From Lama guanicoe (Eukaryota): a stretch of 64,000 nucleotides of DNA. How positions within the stretch are numbered: position 1 is the stretch's first letter; every line of letters begins with the position of its first letter. This document shows, piece after piece, positions 51,340 through 63,345 of the stretch. The notes beneath the pieces were generated by a model. The model saw nothing but the letters and a program-made list of their open reading frames with translations. It had not been told where the DNA came from and searched no databases. The stretch is taken from assembly GCA_013239625.1 (NCBI GenBank), contig MU053652.1, forward strand, positions 3,102,001 through 3,166,000. Direction: 5' to 3'. The position numbers and the translations under genes are program-made.

Positions 51340-54300
51340 AGTCGCTGGCTTACCTATTTCTTAACAGTGACTTTTGATGAGTAGAAGTTTTAAATTTTTA
51401 TGAAGTCTAATTTATTAATGTTTTTCTTTCACAGTTACTGCTTTCTGTGTTCTAAGAAACTTTTGTCTACTACCAAATCTTAAAGATATTTTATATTTTT
51501 TTCTAAAAAATTTACAGTTCTAGCTTCTACATTTTGGCCTATGATCCAACTTGAATGAGTAATTGTGTGTGATAAGTTCATTTTTTTTCCATACTTTTTT
51601 CCAGTCATTCCAGCATAATTTGCTTAGAACACTTCCCTTTCCCCATTGGAGTGCCTAGGCATCTTTGTCTAAAAAGCAGATAACCAGACAATTGTAGGCA
51701 TATTTCTGGGCTCCTTATTATATTCTGTTGATCTATTTGTCAGTCCTGTGCCAGTACCACACTTGATTGATTAATGTAGCTTTATGGTACCTCTTAAATG
51801 TGTGGTCTTCCAACTTTGTCCTTTTTTTAATATTCTAGTTCCTTTGCATTTCCATATAAAATTTAGAACCATCTTGTAATTTCTGTAAAACAAAGCCTGC
51901 TGGGATTATAATTGGGATTGTGTTGAATCCATAGTCAGTTTGGGGAGAACTGACATCTTAATATTTATTCTTCCAGTTCATAAATATGGTATACCTCTCC
52001 ATTTATTTAGGTCTTCTTTAATTTCTTTGAGCAATGTTTTGTAGCATTTACTCTAGCGGTCTTGCATGTCTTTTGTTAAATTTATATCTAAAAATTTTAT
52101 GCTTTTTATTCCATATTATTAAAATTTCTATTTCATTGTTTGCTGCTAGTATATAAAAAATACTTTAAATTAAAAACCTTTCCTATAACTCAGTATTCTT
52201 GCTAAGTACCTTTACTGCTTCTGCTAGTTGTTATATACATTCCTTAGGATTGTCTATATAAGTAATGTTATCTATGAATAAAGACGGTTTTACATCATTT
52301 CCTATCCAAGTATCTTTCCTTTCTTTTTCTTGCCTTATTAAAATGGCTAGGACTTCCAATACACTGTTGAATAGAACTGGTGAGAATGTGTCAGAGATAA
52401 TAAAAACAAAACAATAAATTTCAGTTAGAAGAATTAAAGTAAGTCTTATTAAAGTCTTATTTAGTTCTTAATCAAGAAGTATAGCTGACCCTATTTACTC
52501 TCTTCTAGTGTGCATCTACTTTTAAAAAACAAACTTAGCCTATGTTCTCAAGTGGACATTTTGAATCTTTGGGGAACCTTGGGAGTTTATGATGGTCATT
52601 TTGAAATACAATTTATTGAACAAATCTCCTATCCTTGAAAACTTAGATAGCTTGCAGTATTTTGTGATTACAAGTGATGCCACAGTGGATAACCTTGTGT
52701 ATATGTTTTCTTGAAATGTTGGATGTGTGTCCTCAGGGTGAATCCTAGTTCATATGCTAGACTGAAGGGTAAATATGTAGTTTTGTAGAGTATGCTAAAT
52801 TCTACCAGCAATGTATGAGTGCCAGTTTCCCAATAGCTTCACCTATAGAGTATTTTGAAGTTTTGCCAACCTGATAGGTGAGAAAGGGTATCTCAGTGTA
52901 GCTTTAATTTGAATTTCTTTTATCATGAGGGAAGTTAAACATCTTTGCATATTTTTAAAGATCATTTAATATCTCTTTTTGAATATTGTCTGTTCATATC
53001 TTTTCCCCATATTCTATAAGATTTTTGGTCTTTTGTTTCCTCAATTAAATTCTTTTATATATTAGGGATATTAGTTCTTTATCTGAAATGTGCTATGGTA
53101 TTTTCTCTCAGTTTGTCATTTGTCCTTTAGTTTTTCTTATAATGTCTTTTATCATGCACACTTTTAAAATTTTTATGTAGTTAGGTTTGTTGATCTTTTC
53201 TTTTATTGGGTTGGACTTTTGATTAATAATTAATTAGAAAGACTTTCTCTTCAGATTGTAGAATTTGAATGGGTGCATTTATTCTACCCATGTTTTCTTC
53301 TAGTATATGTATAGTTTTACTTTTTGCATATAAGTACTTGACTCCTTGGATTTTTAAATTATATGTAGACTAAGAAATGTATGTAATCTTATCCTTTTCC
53401 ATGACTATCCAGTTGCCCCCCACCAAAGTTTCATTTAAAAGGCTGTCTTTGCCCCAGCATTTGAGATACCACCTTTACCATGTACTAATGTTCCATATGT
53501 ACTTGGGCCTATTTGGGGGCTTTCTATTCTATTCTGTTATTGTCTCTATTAATAGCGGGGTTGGGTATAGCTCAGTGGTAGAGTGCATGCTTAGCATGCA
53601 TGAGGTCCTGGGTTCAATCCCCAGTACCTCTATTAAAAAAAAAAATAATAAATAACTAAACCTAATTATCCCCACCCCAAAAACTGAATTAAAAAAATAC
53701 ATCAGTACCACACACTATTTTAAATATAGAAGTTTCATAGGATGTATTAGTATCTCTTAGTCCTCTCTCATAGTTCTTTATTTTTATTGTTTCCCTAGCT
53801 ATTCTTACATATTTATTTTTTCTTATGAACTTAAGTATTAACTTGTCTAGTTTCATAAAAAATTTCATTGGTATTTTTATGGGGATCACATGAGGTTTGT
53901 AAGTTAACTTAGGGGAGTATAAATCTCTTGACGATGTTGAGAACAAGGGATATTTTTAGTTTGTTCAAGTCTACTTTTGTGCCTTTTTAGAATATTTTAT
54001 AGTATCTTTTAATTTTGAGTATTTGAAAAGTTCTTTTCTTAGGTATTTTATCTTTATTGCTGTTGCTATTTAAATCTTTTTTACTCGTATCTTCTACCTT
54101 GTTATTATTTGTGTATATGAACAGTATTATTTTTGCATGTTAATTTTATAGTCTACTACCTTACTGAGTTGAGTTAGTTTTATCATTGATTCTCTGTGGT
54201 TTCCAGATTATACTGTCATGTCATTTGTAAATAAAGATGGTTTTGTATTTTATTTTCTAGTTTTTATTCCTCTAATCGTTTTATCCTGTCTAATTGCATT

Positions 54301-54860
54301 GATTAATATCTCCAGAATACTATCAAATAATAGAAATAGTAGCATCCTTAAATTGTTTCTGACCTTAATATATATGACTCTTGGGGCTATTAAGGAATAT
54401 GCTGGCAATAGGACTGAGAGGGTGTGTGTGTGTGTCTGTGTTTAAAATGGAAGGGTCCATCCATTCCTATTTTATTTAAGAATTTTTGCTAGGAATGAGT
54501 GTTGGATTTTATCAGACGTTTTTCAGCATCTGTGGATATAATTATATGACTTTTCTCCTTAAACTCATTAATGTTGATGAATTGTATTAATTTTCTAATG
54601 TTGAACCAGTTTTGCATTCTTGGCATAAATTCCATTTCATCATGGCATGTTATTTTCTTACTGTTGTGTTGGAGTCTGTTAGCTAATATATCACTTAGAA
54701 TTTGTACATCAATATTCATAACTGATTTCCATCTGTAATTTTTCTTTTTGCATGTATACCATCTTTATTAGGTTTAGGTATCATTGCTTCATAAAGATTG
54801 TGGATGTTTTCCTTCATTTTCTATGCTCTGAAACAATGTATATAGATTTGGGACTATTGG
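51340..54860 (-). mobile_element. Antisense L1 fragments
   Basis: Minus ORF remnants MNIDVQILSDILANRLQ...HDEMEFMPRMQNWFNIRK...IIISTDAEK (RT) and IPIKIPMKFFMKLDKLILKFI. Confidence 0.85.
53557..53698 (+). mobile_element. tRNA-Ala(AGC)-derived SINE (camelid vic-1 type)
   Basis: A box tagctcagtgg, B box ggttcaatcc, anticodon-like loop ttagcat, then A-rich linker and aacctaattatccccacccc tail. Confidence 0.9.
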
Positions 54861-54861
54861 T

Positions 54862-55415
54862 TGTTGGTAGACAATTCTCAAGTCTCCATGAATTTCTTGG
54901 ATTTCTACACACCCTGTAAGTTAGGCACTCACTGCTGTTTGTTCTCTTTGTGTAGTGCAAGATATCTTCCAGCCTTAAAAGATACAGCATCTTCCTCTAA
55001 AAGTAAAGGGCAGGTTTCCATTCAGCCCTAGAAGATACAGTTAGTGCTCCTTCTAGAGCAAAAGACAAACATGCTCATTGCCCAGTGTAATAAGGATGAT
55101 GTTTCCCTTCAAAATAAAGGACTGGCATGCTTACTGCCCACTGTAAAATGTTCAAGTTCCCTACCTCAGGTTCTCCTGTACTGCAGCCTACTGCAGGGTC
55201 AAGTATTATCTGGCCCTTTTTACACTGTCCTGTCGGAACTGGGATTCAGGAAACTGACCCCCAGATGTTGATACCCTGGCTACTGCTTTTGCTGTGAGTA
55301 ATTGTCTTTCATCTCTGGTCCAGAAGTCCTGTGTTTTCTAGCATCCATGGAACTGTGGCAGACTAACTTAGCTTGCAAGTAGCGTAAAATCTTGCACCCT
55401 TTCAACTTCTTGACA
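54862..55415 (+). mobile_element. ERVL solo LTR (LTR40-like)
   Basis: TGttggtagacaattctc...ttcttgaCA ends, internal gaagataca repeats, degenerate 5-bp flanks (ttggt/ctgat); interrupts an L1. Confidence 0.7.
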
Positions 55416-55828
55416 CTGATCTTTAAAGTTGTGGTAAAATTTTCCTAGAAACCATTTTGTAAAGTAGTTCCTTGATAACCTTCTCTATTTCTTCTATTTC
55501 TTCTGTTTAAGCTTTTTAGCTTTACTGTTCACTTTAAAATTTTTATGTGCTTGTTTGCTTGGAGCAGAGGGATGGTGGAGTCTCTTAAATGCACTTCATT
55601 TTTACATTGGTTTTATTTTCCTTTGAGGTCTCCTTGCTTATCTTTCATGAAGAATCATTATTGTCATTTTAGTTAACTGCAGTGCCGCCTTAGCATGCAG
55701 TAAATGAGAGGAAATGTGTGCTTAGAAGCTAAAGTTATAACGATGAACGTCCTTTCTGTGGTTTTCTCTGGGTGGTAGTTGTACGGTCACTATAAAGGTG
55801 GATGTGCTTTTCGTTTGTTTTTCTACAG

Positions 55829-55924
55829 GTGGTGGTTGTACAGGCAATTAGTGCTCTCTGTCAGAAATACCCTCGAAAGCACAGCGTCATGATGACTTTC
55901 CTCTCCAACATGCTCCGAGATGAT
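55829..55924 (+). CDS. COPG2: COPG2 exon 13
   Basis: acag| [32 protein letters not shown] |gtaggt; 96 nt. Confidence 0.97.
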
Positions 55925-56212
55925 GTAGGTGGACTACTTCTTCAATGTGGGAAGTTGCTCTCAAATTCTTACAGTATTTACAGCAGCTTTCTTTATCATC
56001 TCAGCATGCCTCTCAAAAAGTGCTCAATTCTGGTTGCTGTCTTATTACTAAACATGCTGTTACTTTGGCTTTCCTACTTGGAGGGAAAAACACTTTTGTT
56101 TCTTTCATAAGGGAAGGGAAATGAAATTTGAATGTTACAGCATGAGCCTTGGAGTATAAGCATTTCTCTAAAAAGTGTCCTCAGAATGAATGGCCGTTTT
56201 CTCTTTTGCCAG

Positions 56213-56456
56213 GGAGGCTTTGAATATAAGCGGGCCATTGTGGACTGCATAATCAGCATCGTGGAAGAGAACCCTGAGAGTAAAGAAGCAGGTCTCGCCC
56301 ACCTTTGTGAATTCATTGAGGACTGTGAACACACTGTTCTGGCTACTAAGATTCTCCACTTGTTGGGCAAAGAGGGCCCCAGAACACCTGTCCCCTCCAA
56401 GTATATACGCTTTATTTTTAATAGAGTCGTGCTGGAGAATGAGGCCGTCAGAGCTG
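56213..56456 (+). CDS. COPG2: COPG2 exon 14
   Basis: ccag| [14 protein letters not shown]...[12 protein letters not shown] |gtgagt; 244 nt. Confidence 0.97.
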
Positions 56457-56829
56457 GTGAGTCACTGGAACACTGATAATGATGTAACTGCTGGCCTTTT
56501 GAAATGCTAGGCTCAAGCAGGGTGATAATGAAATTAGAAAATGAAGTTGCAGAGTCTGTTTGACAGTGGGATCTGGGAGCATACTTAAGCCCAGATGTGT
56601 AGCTCTTTATATTTCCAGTTTCCATCCTGATTTCTGCCTTCTATCAGAGACAGATAACCCTTGACTTTCAGTACGAGAGGAAGGCTGTGATGGCATCATC
56701 CGTCCTTTCAGAATTATGGCCAGAAGAATGGATGTCTGTGAAATTTGTGTCTTGTCATTTTTAAGTGACTTTTTAAACAGGCTTAGGAATTTTTTACTTC
56801 CTCCTCTCTAATTGTTACTTCCTGTTAGC

Positions 56830-58160
56830 ATATGAACAGGTGCAGATATCTCCTGTTAAAGATATAAGCCCTCTTTTGATCCACTGTCTCTCATTAGCAA
56901 CTGACTATAATTCCCCTGTCAGGTAAACTTGAAGTAGCTGTTACTGGCTGCCTTTATGAACTTATTTTCCATTTTCTCTTCAACTCACTACAATGTAGTT
57001 CTGTCTTTTAAAAAATCTTCTGAAACTGTTTTTTAAAAAAATTACTTATAAGCTAGTTGGAAATTCAAGTTGGACATTTTAATGTTCTTATCTTTGTTCA
57101 CCTCTCAGTCAGTTTGATGTACTGTTGACTAAACACTTCATGAAACTCTCTTCCCTTGGTTTCCTCAATAGCCTCCATCTTTCTATCACTCCCTAGTCTT
57201 ACTTATAGAGCTTTTCTTCCATTCTTTAAAAAGTTAGTTTCCCTTAGAGAGTTGTCTTCTCCACACACATTCTTCCTGGTGATCATTTTCAAAGCTCTAC
57301 TGATAGGCTGTGACATTGCGGTCATGGCTGTTTCCTGAACTTGCATGTCTCCTAACTATCTAAGGCACTTCAGATTCAACTTGAAATTCCCAAACTGAAT
57401 TCCTCACCTATAATATCCACTCAGTTTCAAAGCTAGAACCTTATTCCATTGTTTTATAACCCTGTCTATCCTTGAGCAAAGACCTGTCAATTCTGTCTCC
57501 TTAATACTTATTTCTGTATTCTCTTTTTTTTTTTCCAGTTTTCCCAGGTGCTGTATTAGACTCCCATCCATTTCAGATGCCCAACTAGTCTGACTGCTTG
57601 TAGTCTCACCACATATCCAACATACTCTTCACACTTTGCTACAAATACACAAATTTATCCTGTATTTAACACCATTAATAATAACTTTGAGATTAAACCA
57701 TAAGCTCTTCTTAATCTCTAGTCACTCACTCATCTCCTGCTCTCCAACTCAGGTCTACTCTTCAGCCTTTCTCAGCTGTGTTTAGTTCCAGGATTAGACC
57801 ATACTTTCTTCTCTGGGGTCAGGGTTTTCATGCTTTTAATTCTCTCTGCCTTGAATCATCTTCTCCTGCCTTTTCCCTCTGGCTAACTCTGCTTGTTTTT
57901 CAGACTTTAGCTCACGTAATGTCAGCTCCTTATCTTTCTTCTCCACCACCAATTCTGGCTTAAGTTCCTTTTTCTACTCACACGGCATCCTGGGTATAAT
58001 TCTGCCATGGACTTACTATGCTACGTTGTAACTATCTCTTTACTTACCTGTCTTTCCCACTTGGGATCAGGGAGCATGTCTTTTATCTTTCTATCCCCAG
58101 TACCTAGTACAATTCCTGGCAAAAATGAGATAAGCAATAAATCTTTGTTGAATTAAGTGA
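56830..58160 (+). mobile_element. L2 LINE 3' region
   Basis: Pyrimidine-rich L2 body (tgaaactctcttcccttggtttcc; aaactgaattcctcacc) ending agcaataaatctttgttgaat. Confidence 0.75.
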
Positions 58161-58836
58161 ATTTTAATAATAGGGGGTTTAATTTTTTTATGCATGGGGC
58201 TGGTCATTTGAGATTAGAGATTAATTAAGTGTGGTATATTAGAGGTCAGCCTGGAGGACAGCTCATATAAGACTTACATATGGTCCTCTTTCCTCAATGC
58301 ATGGAGGGTTTTCCTATTCAGAGCTCTGCCAATTTTATTTATGCTTAAATGGATCAAAGAAATAAGATCAAGAAATACACAATAAGACAATAGTTTATTC
58401 CCACTGAACATGAGAAAATTTAACTTTTTTTGAATGATTATTGCTTAACTCTGAGAAGTCAATATTTATGCTGTTTCATTTTATGCTTCATTATAGCTGC
58501 TGTGAGTGCTCTGGCTAAATTTGGGGCTCAGAATGAGAATCTTCTCCCAAGTATCCTTGTACTCTTACAAAGGTAAAGTAAAAGAATGTATTTTTTTTAA
58601 AAGTAAGAATGTCATATCTTTTATCTTTCTACCCCCAGCACCTAGCACAATTCCTAACAGAAGTGAGGTGAGCAATAAATCCTTGATGAATGAAGCCAAT
58701 TTTAATAGTAGAGGTTTTTGTTTTTTATGCATGGAGCTGGTTGTTTGAGATTAGAGCTTAATTATTTAGTGTGATATATAAGGGGTCATGGAGGATAGCT
58801 CATATAAGACTTACATATGATCCTTTTTCCTCATTG
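58079..58836 (+). repeat. ~220-bp diverged direct repeat pair (58079-58299 and 58617-58836) flanking exon 15
   Basis: Shared tcttttatctttcta...tttttatgcatgg.gctgg...tttgagattagag...agctcatataagacttacatatg.tcct.tttcctca; offset about 538 nt. Confidence 0.92.
58497..58572 (+). CDS. COPG2: COPG2 exon 15
   Basis: atag| (A)[24 protein letters not shown](R) |gtaaag; 76 nt. Confidence 0.97.
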
Positions 58837-59585
58837 TACCACATCAAATGCATTGCAGGGCCTAAGACTAGAGCTGATGGAGTAAGTCAGGGGGAAATGG
58901 CATTTTTCTTACTCTTCCGGTAATTTTGCATGTGCCAAGAACATACATTATTTGACTTTTAATTTCTCTTGCATGATTTTGATAAAGTGACAAATGCATG
59001 TGCCTCAATTTGTATAGCAGGGGCCAACTTCAAAGTGACTCACTATCTAGAGTTGAAAATACCAGCTGATTTTCATGGTCTCCATGACTCCCAATTTGAT
59101 GAGGAAAAGGCTTGCTTTTGCAAACACTCTGTGATTGCATCTTGTAATTGAAAGGCTGGCTGGTTTAAATAAAACAAATTGCCATTTGAGTTGTATCAGT
59201 GCCTGGATTCTGAATGCTTTTTTGTCTCCTTGGAAAGTGTAGTATTACCATTTTTTAATTATAAAGAAGTCTCAGTCTTTTCCAGAGTCATGTGGTTGCA
59301 GATCCAAGAATACACTCCGAACTGCTATCTTATGTTACTGTGTTCTTCTTAATTATTTCGCTGCCTACTTATGTAGTGCTTCTGATTCATAATGACACCA
59401 TTTCTTTACCAATTCAGAACAGTACCCAAGATTTGTGGAGATTTTAAGATCCACTGTTGGCTGTTGTTGAGCTCTTTTATGAAGGTAGTATCAGATGGTG
59501 TGAACTGTGTCCTTTAGGAATAGTGGTACAGCTGTGGGAAGTCTTTAGGCTGCTGTGACATGCCTATTCTGTATCCTCTGGACAG

Positions 59586-59689
59586 GTGTATGATGGATAC
59601 TGATGATGAGGTACGGGACAGAGCTACCTTCTATCTGAATGTGCTACAGCAGAGGCAGATGGCACTGAATGCTACCTATATCTTCAATG
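59586..59689 (+). CDS. COPG2: COPG2 exon 16
   Basis: acag| [34 protein letters not shown] |gtcagt; 104 nt. Confidence 0.97.
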
Positions 59690-60204
59690 GTCAGTGAGAA
59701 CCAAGAAGGGAGACAAATATACTTTTGTTCCACGGATGGTGTCTTGGAAGCATATCTCATGATGATTTGCATATGAGCTGGCTTCACTAGGCAAAATGCT
59801 TGGTTTTTGTCTTTGAATGCACTTCCATTTCTAGGCAAACCTAAAGGATATAAAAGCCCAAAGAATGTTTGCTTGTTCCTGGTTCTCCTTGAGCTCCTTC
59901 TTGGGTTTGTCTTTTTCCCCCTTTCTTCTGCTGTTATTGTTTCCACATGGCTCTGTTGCTTTCTTTTGTGGAAGATACTTGTATTTTGTTGAAAATTTTT
60001 ATGCTTTGCTCCTATGGTTCCTTGGATGAAATAGTAAGAGCACCCCCCCTTTTTCATTAGGAGCCTTTATTTTAAATTATTTAGGTGATAAAATCTGTGG
60101 TTGTATTTTTCTTTAGAAAGCTTAGATAAATATTACAAACCTGGGCCTGTCTGGATCCTAGGATTGACAAGAAGTTATAATGCTGGGATTTCTCTGTTTC
60201 ATAG

Positions 60205-60330
60205 GTCTAACAGTCTCTGTGCCAGGGATGGAAAAAGCCTTACACCAGTACACATTGGAGCCTTCAGAGAAGCCCTTTGACATGAAATCTATCCCCCTTG
60301 CTATGGCTCCTGTCTTTGAACAAAAAGCAG
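60205..60330 (+). CDS. COPG2: COPG2 exon 17
   Basis: atag| (G)[41 protein letters not shown] |gtaatg; 126 nt. Confidence 0.97.
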
Positions 60331-61093
60331 GTAATGGGAACACTTTGTTAATTTTTCTGTGTATAAATAGTTTTATGCCAGTAAAATAATACTGTTAGCA
60401 TACTTTCTCTTAATATTTCTTTTGTCACGACTTACTTCTAAATCTTACAGAACTAAGATGGATGATACTTTTTTAAATTAGGGTTTTAAAAAAATTCCCC
60501 TTGTTTTCTCATGAAAGCAAGAATATGAAATGTGACTCAGACCGAAAGTTGTTTTTTTTAATGCTGAGTGTAACAGCATTTTAAGTTAATTGTCACCATG
60601 TGTCTCAGAGCAGTAATTATGCTGCCAACTCCTATTTTTATTTTCTGATGTTGGTTACTCTTAATTAATTTTTCTATTGGAGGTTTAAAAAAATAAAACA
60701 AGTGTTTAGTGGTTAGAACTGAAAAGGAAAGATCTCATGCTTAACTTTCGACATTTTCAGTTTGTTGATACTATACAAGTATTTTTTTTTCCTATTTGAA
60801 TCATGAGATTTGTTTTTATAAACTGTTTCTCTTTTTAAGAGTAATTTTTTAAAATATTCTGGTCCATTTAAAGCAAAATTATATTTTTAGGACTTTATTA
60901 TTTCACTAAATACATTTTAATTGGAGTTGTCCCTCCAAAAAAAAAAAAAAGGTAGCAGAGCACCTACTGGTATAATTTAGCCATGGCTCCTTATATATCT
61001 GGTAGAAGTTTCTGCCCTCGTCTCCTTCTGTCTGCATTTTGAGCTAGATAGTGGGAGGGAAGCTCACTTGATTGCTCATATCTGTCTTTGTAG

Positions 61094-61156
61094 AAATCAC
61101 ACTGGTGGCTACTAAGCCAGAGAAGTTGGCTCCTTCCAGGCAAGACATTTTCCAAG
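61094..61156 (+). CDS. COPG2: COPG2 exon 18
   Basis: gtag| (E)ITLVATKPEKLAPSRQDIFQ |gtatga; 63 nt. Confidence 0.97.
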
Positions 61157-61615
61157 GTATGATGATTTGATGTGTAGAAGCAGTAGCCTTGTACCCTAGG
61201 CATTGTAAATATAATGAAGTCCACTGCTTTTATTCAGTTTGATTATTTCTTGGTACAGGAAATCTTTGTGAGGCTGAATGTTTGTTGTCACAGCCCACCG
61301 TTGCTGTGGCTGCCTGCAGTCTGTGGGACTTGTCAGTCTAAGTGGGAGTGTTTTTACTCTATCTTGGTTAATGGGAATTCATATTCTATGAAATCAAGGA
61401 TTTAGTTTCTTCCTTTTTTTTTCTTTCGCCTTTAGCAATTCAGTGTACAAATTCTCTTACTTAAAAGATTATTTACTAAAGTTTGGAGACATATTAGTTG
61501 GGTGTTTAACTATTAGTAAGGCTATGGAAACTGAAAACATTTTAGACATTCAGAGAAACGTCTTCCTCTGTCTTCTTATCTTTCTTCCTTCTTTCCTTTC
61601 CATTTTTCTTAATAG

Positions 61616-61755
61616 AACAACTGGCTGCCATTCCTGAGTTTATGAATCTAGGACCCTTGTTCAAGTCATCCGAGCCTGTCCAACTTACAGAAGCAGAGAC
61701 AGAATACTTTGTTCGTTGTATCAAGCACGTGTTTACCAAGCACATTGTGTTCCAG
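61616..61755 (+). CDS. COPG2: COPG2 exon 19
   Basis: atag| (E)[46 protein letters not shown] |gtgaga; 140 nt; start of the appendage domain. Confidence 0.97.
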
Positions 61756-62328
61756 GTGAGATCAGTGCTGTAACAGGCTCCTGGGAGGGGCTTAATACTC
61801 ATTCCCCTTCAGTTTATGATTCTAGTTCCTTTTATAGAGAAGTAACGTGGCAGCATTTCTGGTTTTCTTTCCTAAGTCCATAGCTCTAGAGATGCCTTCG
61901 TGTGATGGGTAGCTTTTAATGGTTTAAATTTAAAAGAACATAAAATCAAAATGTCTAAAGAAGTTGGACAGCATAAAGTAGAACCTGCTAAAAAAAAAAA
62001 TCATTCAGTATCAGGGTAAATTAAGTGCATTGTCCAAGAACTTGGATTTTAATTTGTTTCCCAGACAGCTGTCAGGCCTCTACCCTGTCATTTGGTAGAA
62101 CTCAGTCTCAGGAAAGAGAAGAAACTAGTGAATAACATAAAGGAGATCTCAAGAATAAGCTTATGCCTGTTGCCTCAAGAAAACCTTTAGGGGGAGACCT
62201 GTCTTGGTGTATAGAGAGGGAAAGTGTAGTGGGTTCTGGGACTGAGTTGTGGGTTATGGGTGGGAAGGAGCAACTTGCTTGAAAACAGTTCTTATCCTTC
62301 ATAACTTTTGTGTTTGCTGCCTTTTCAG

Positions 62329-62500
62329 TTTGACTGTACCAATACTCTCAATGACCAGCTGCTGGAGAAAGTGACAGTGCAGGTGGAACCATCAGACTCC
62401 TGTGAAGTGCTGTGCTGTATCCCAGCGCCCAGCCTAACTTATAATCAGCCGGGAATATGTTACACTCTTGTTCGTTTATCTGATGACGACTCTACAGCAG
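62329..62500 (+). CDS. COPG2: COPG2 exon 20 (last in window; gene continues)
   Basis: tcag| [57 protein letters not shown] |gtactg; 172 nt. Confidence 0.97.
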
Positions 62501-63259
62501 GTACTGATACCCAGAATGAAAGACATATGATTGTGGGTACATTACCACTTGAGCTCGTAAATGTCTGGACAAGTATTTGAGGTTCAAGAATTTGTTTTCC
62601 AGAATTAAATGTAATGATAATGATGGTATATTTATATTTATAAAATTAATTACTGCTATAGATATACTAATTTTATAACTAATTCTCTGAGTAAAATATG
62701 CTGGACATTTAATCTTAAAAGAGAAACTGAATGTATACAGTGGTAGCCCAAAAAGGAATTCAGACTTTCTGTTGAAACAGTGTGACCACTGGTTCATGTA
62801 GCTGATGTCTCCTTGAAGGATCATGGCCTCCTTCTCCCTGATGTTTCTTTCCAGGGCATCTTGGGGATTTTTTACTTAGTAGATCCATGGCATCTGAAAA
62901 TGTATTTTTTTTAAGGGTCCTGTAGCCCAAGGCTGGCGTCTTAGTATGTCTCAGCCCAGTAAGTGGCTTAGCCAACAACTGGGTGTCCACATTTGAGAAA
63001 GGCTTTGTAATTCTCTACTTGACCTGTATGCACTGTATGCAGTCTTAGGGGTGGGGGATGGGGGTCAGGGGAGGCCTGTGAAGGAGAACCAACTGCTAGT
63101 GCCAACAGTATTTACAAATTTGGGGATTTGAGACCTTCTGACATATCTCTTCTGAATGTCAAGTATTTGTTGTACTTGCTTTCCTCCTTTTCCTTTGTGA
63201 GTTCTTTTCTTCCCAGATTCACTGCAGAATATTCACAACTGCTAACCAGTTTACTCAGA

Positions 63260-63345
63260 AATAAGCACACACATCACACTTAACATTTTAAACAATTTTT
63301 ATTACTAGTACAGGAAAAACAATTTTTACTGTTAATACAGGAAAA
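63260..63345 (-). terminator. Candidate antisense polyadenylation site in COPG2 intron 20
   Basis: Minus strand: TGTA...AGTAAA...TGTA...AATAAA (63303-63298), 18 nt, then GTGTGATGTGTGTG. Confidence 0.55.

Noticed and set aside
53557..53635. Functional tRNA-Ala gene
   Set aside because: Acceptor-stem mismatches, no oligo-T terminator, SINE-type tail, and a second dispersed copy at 20662-20771.
56074..56625. 183-aa minus-strand ORF (also 28638-29006, 51052-51306, 59644-60057)
   Set aside because: Antisense shadows of COPG2 exons with no recognisable protein features.
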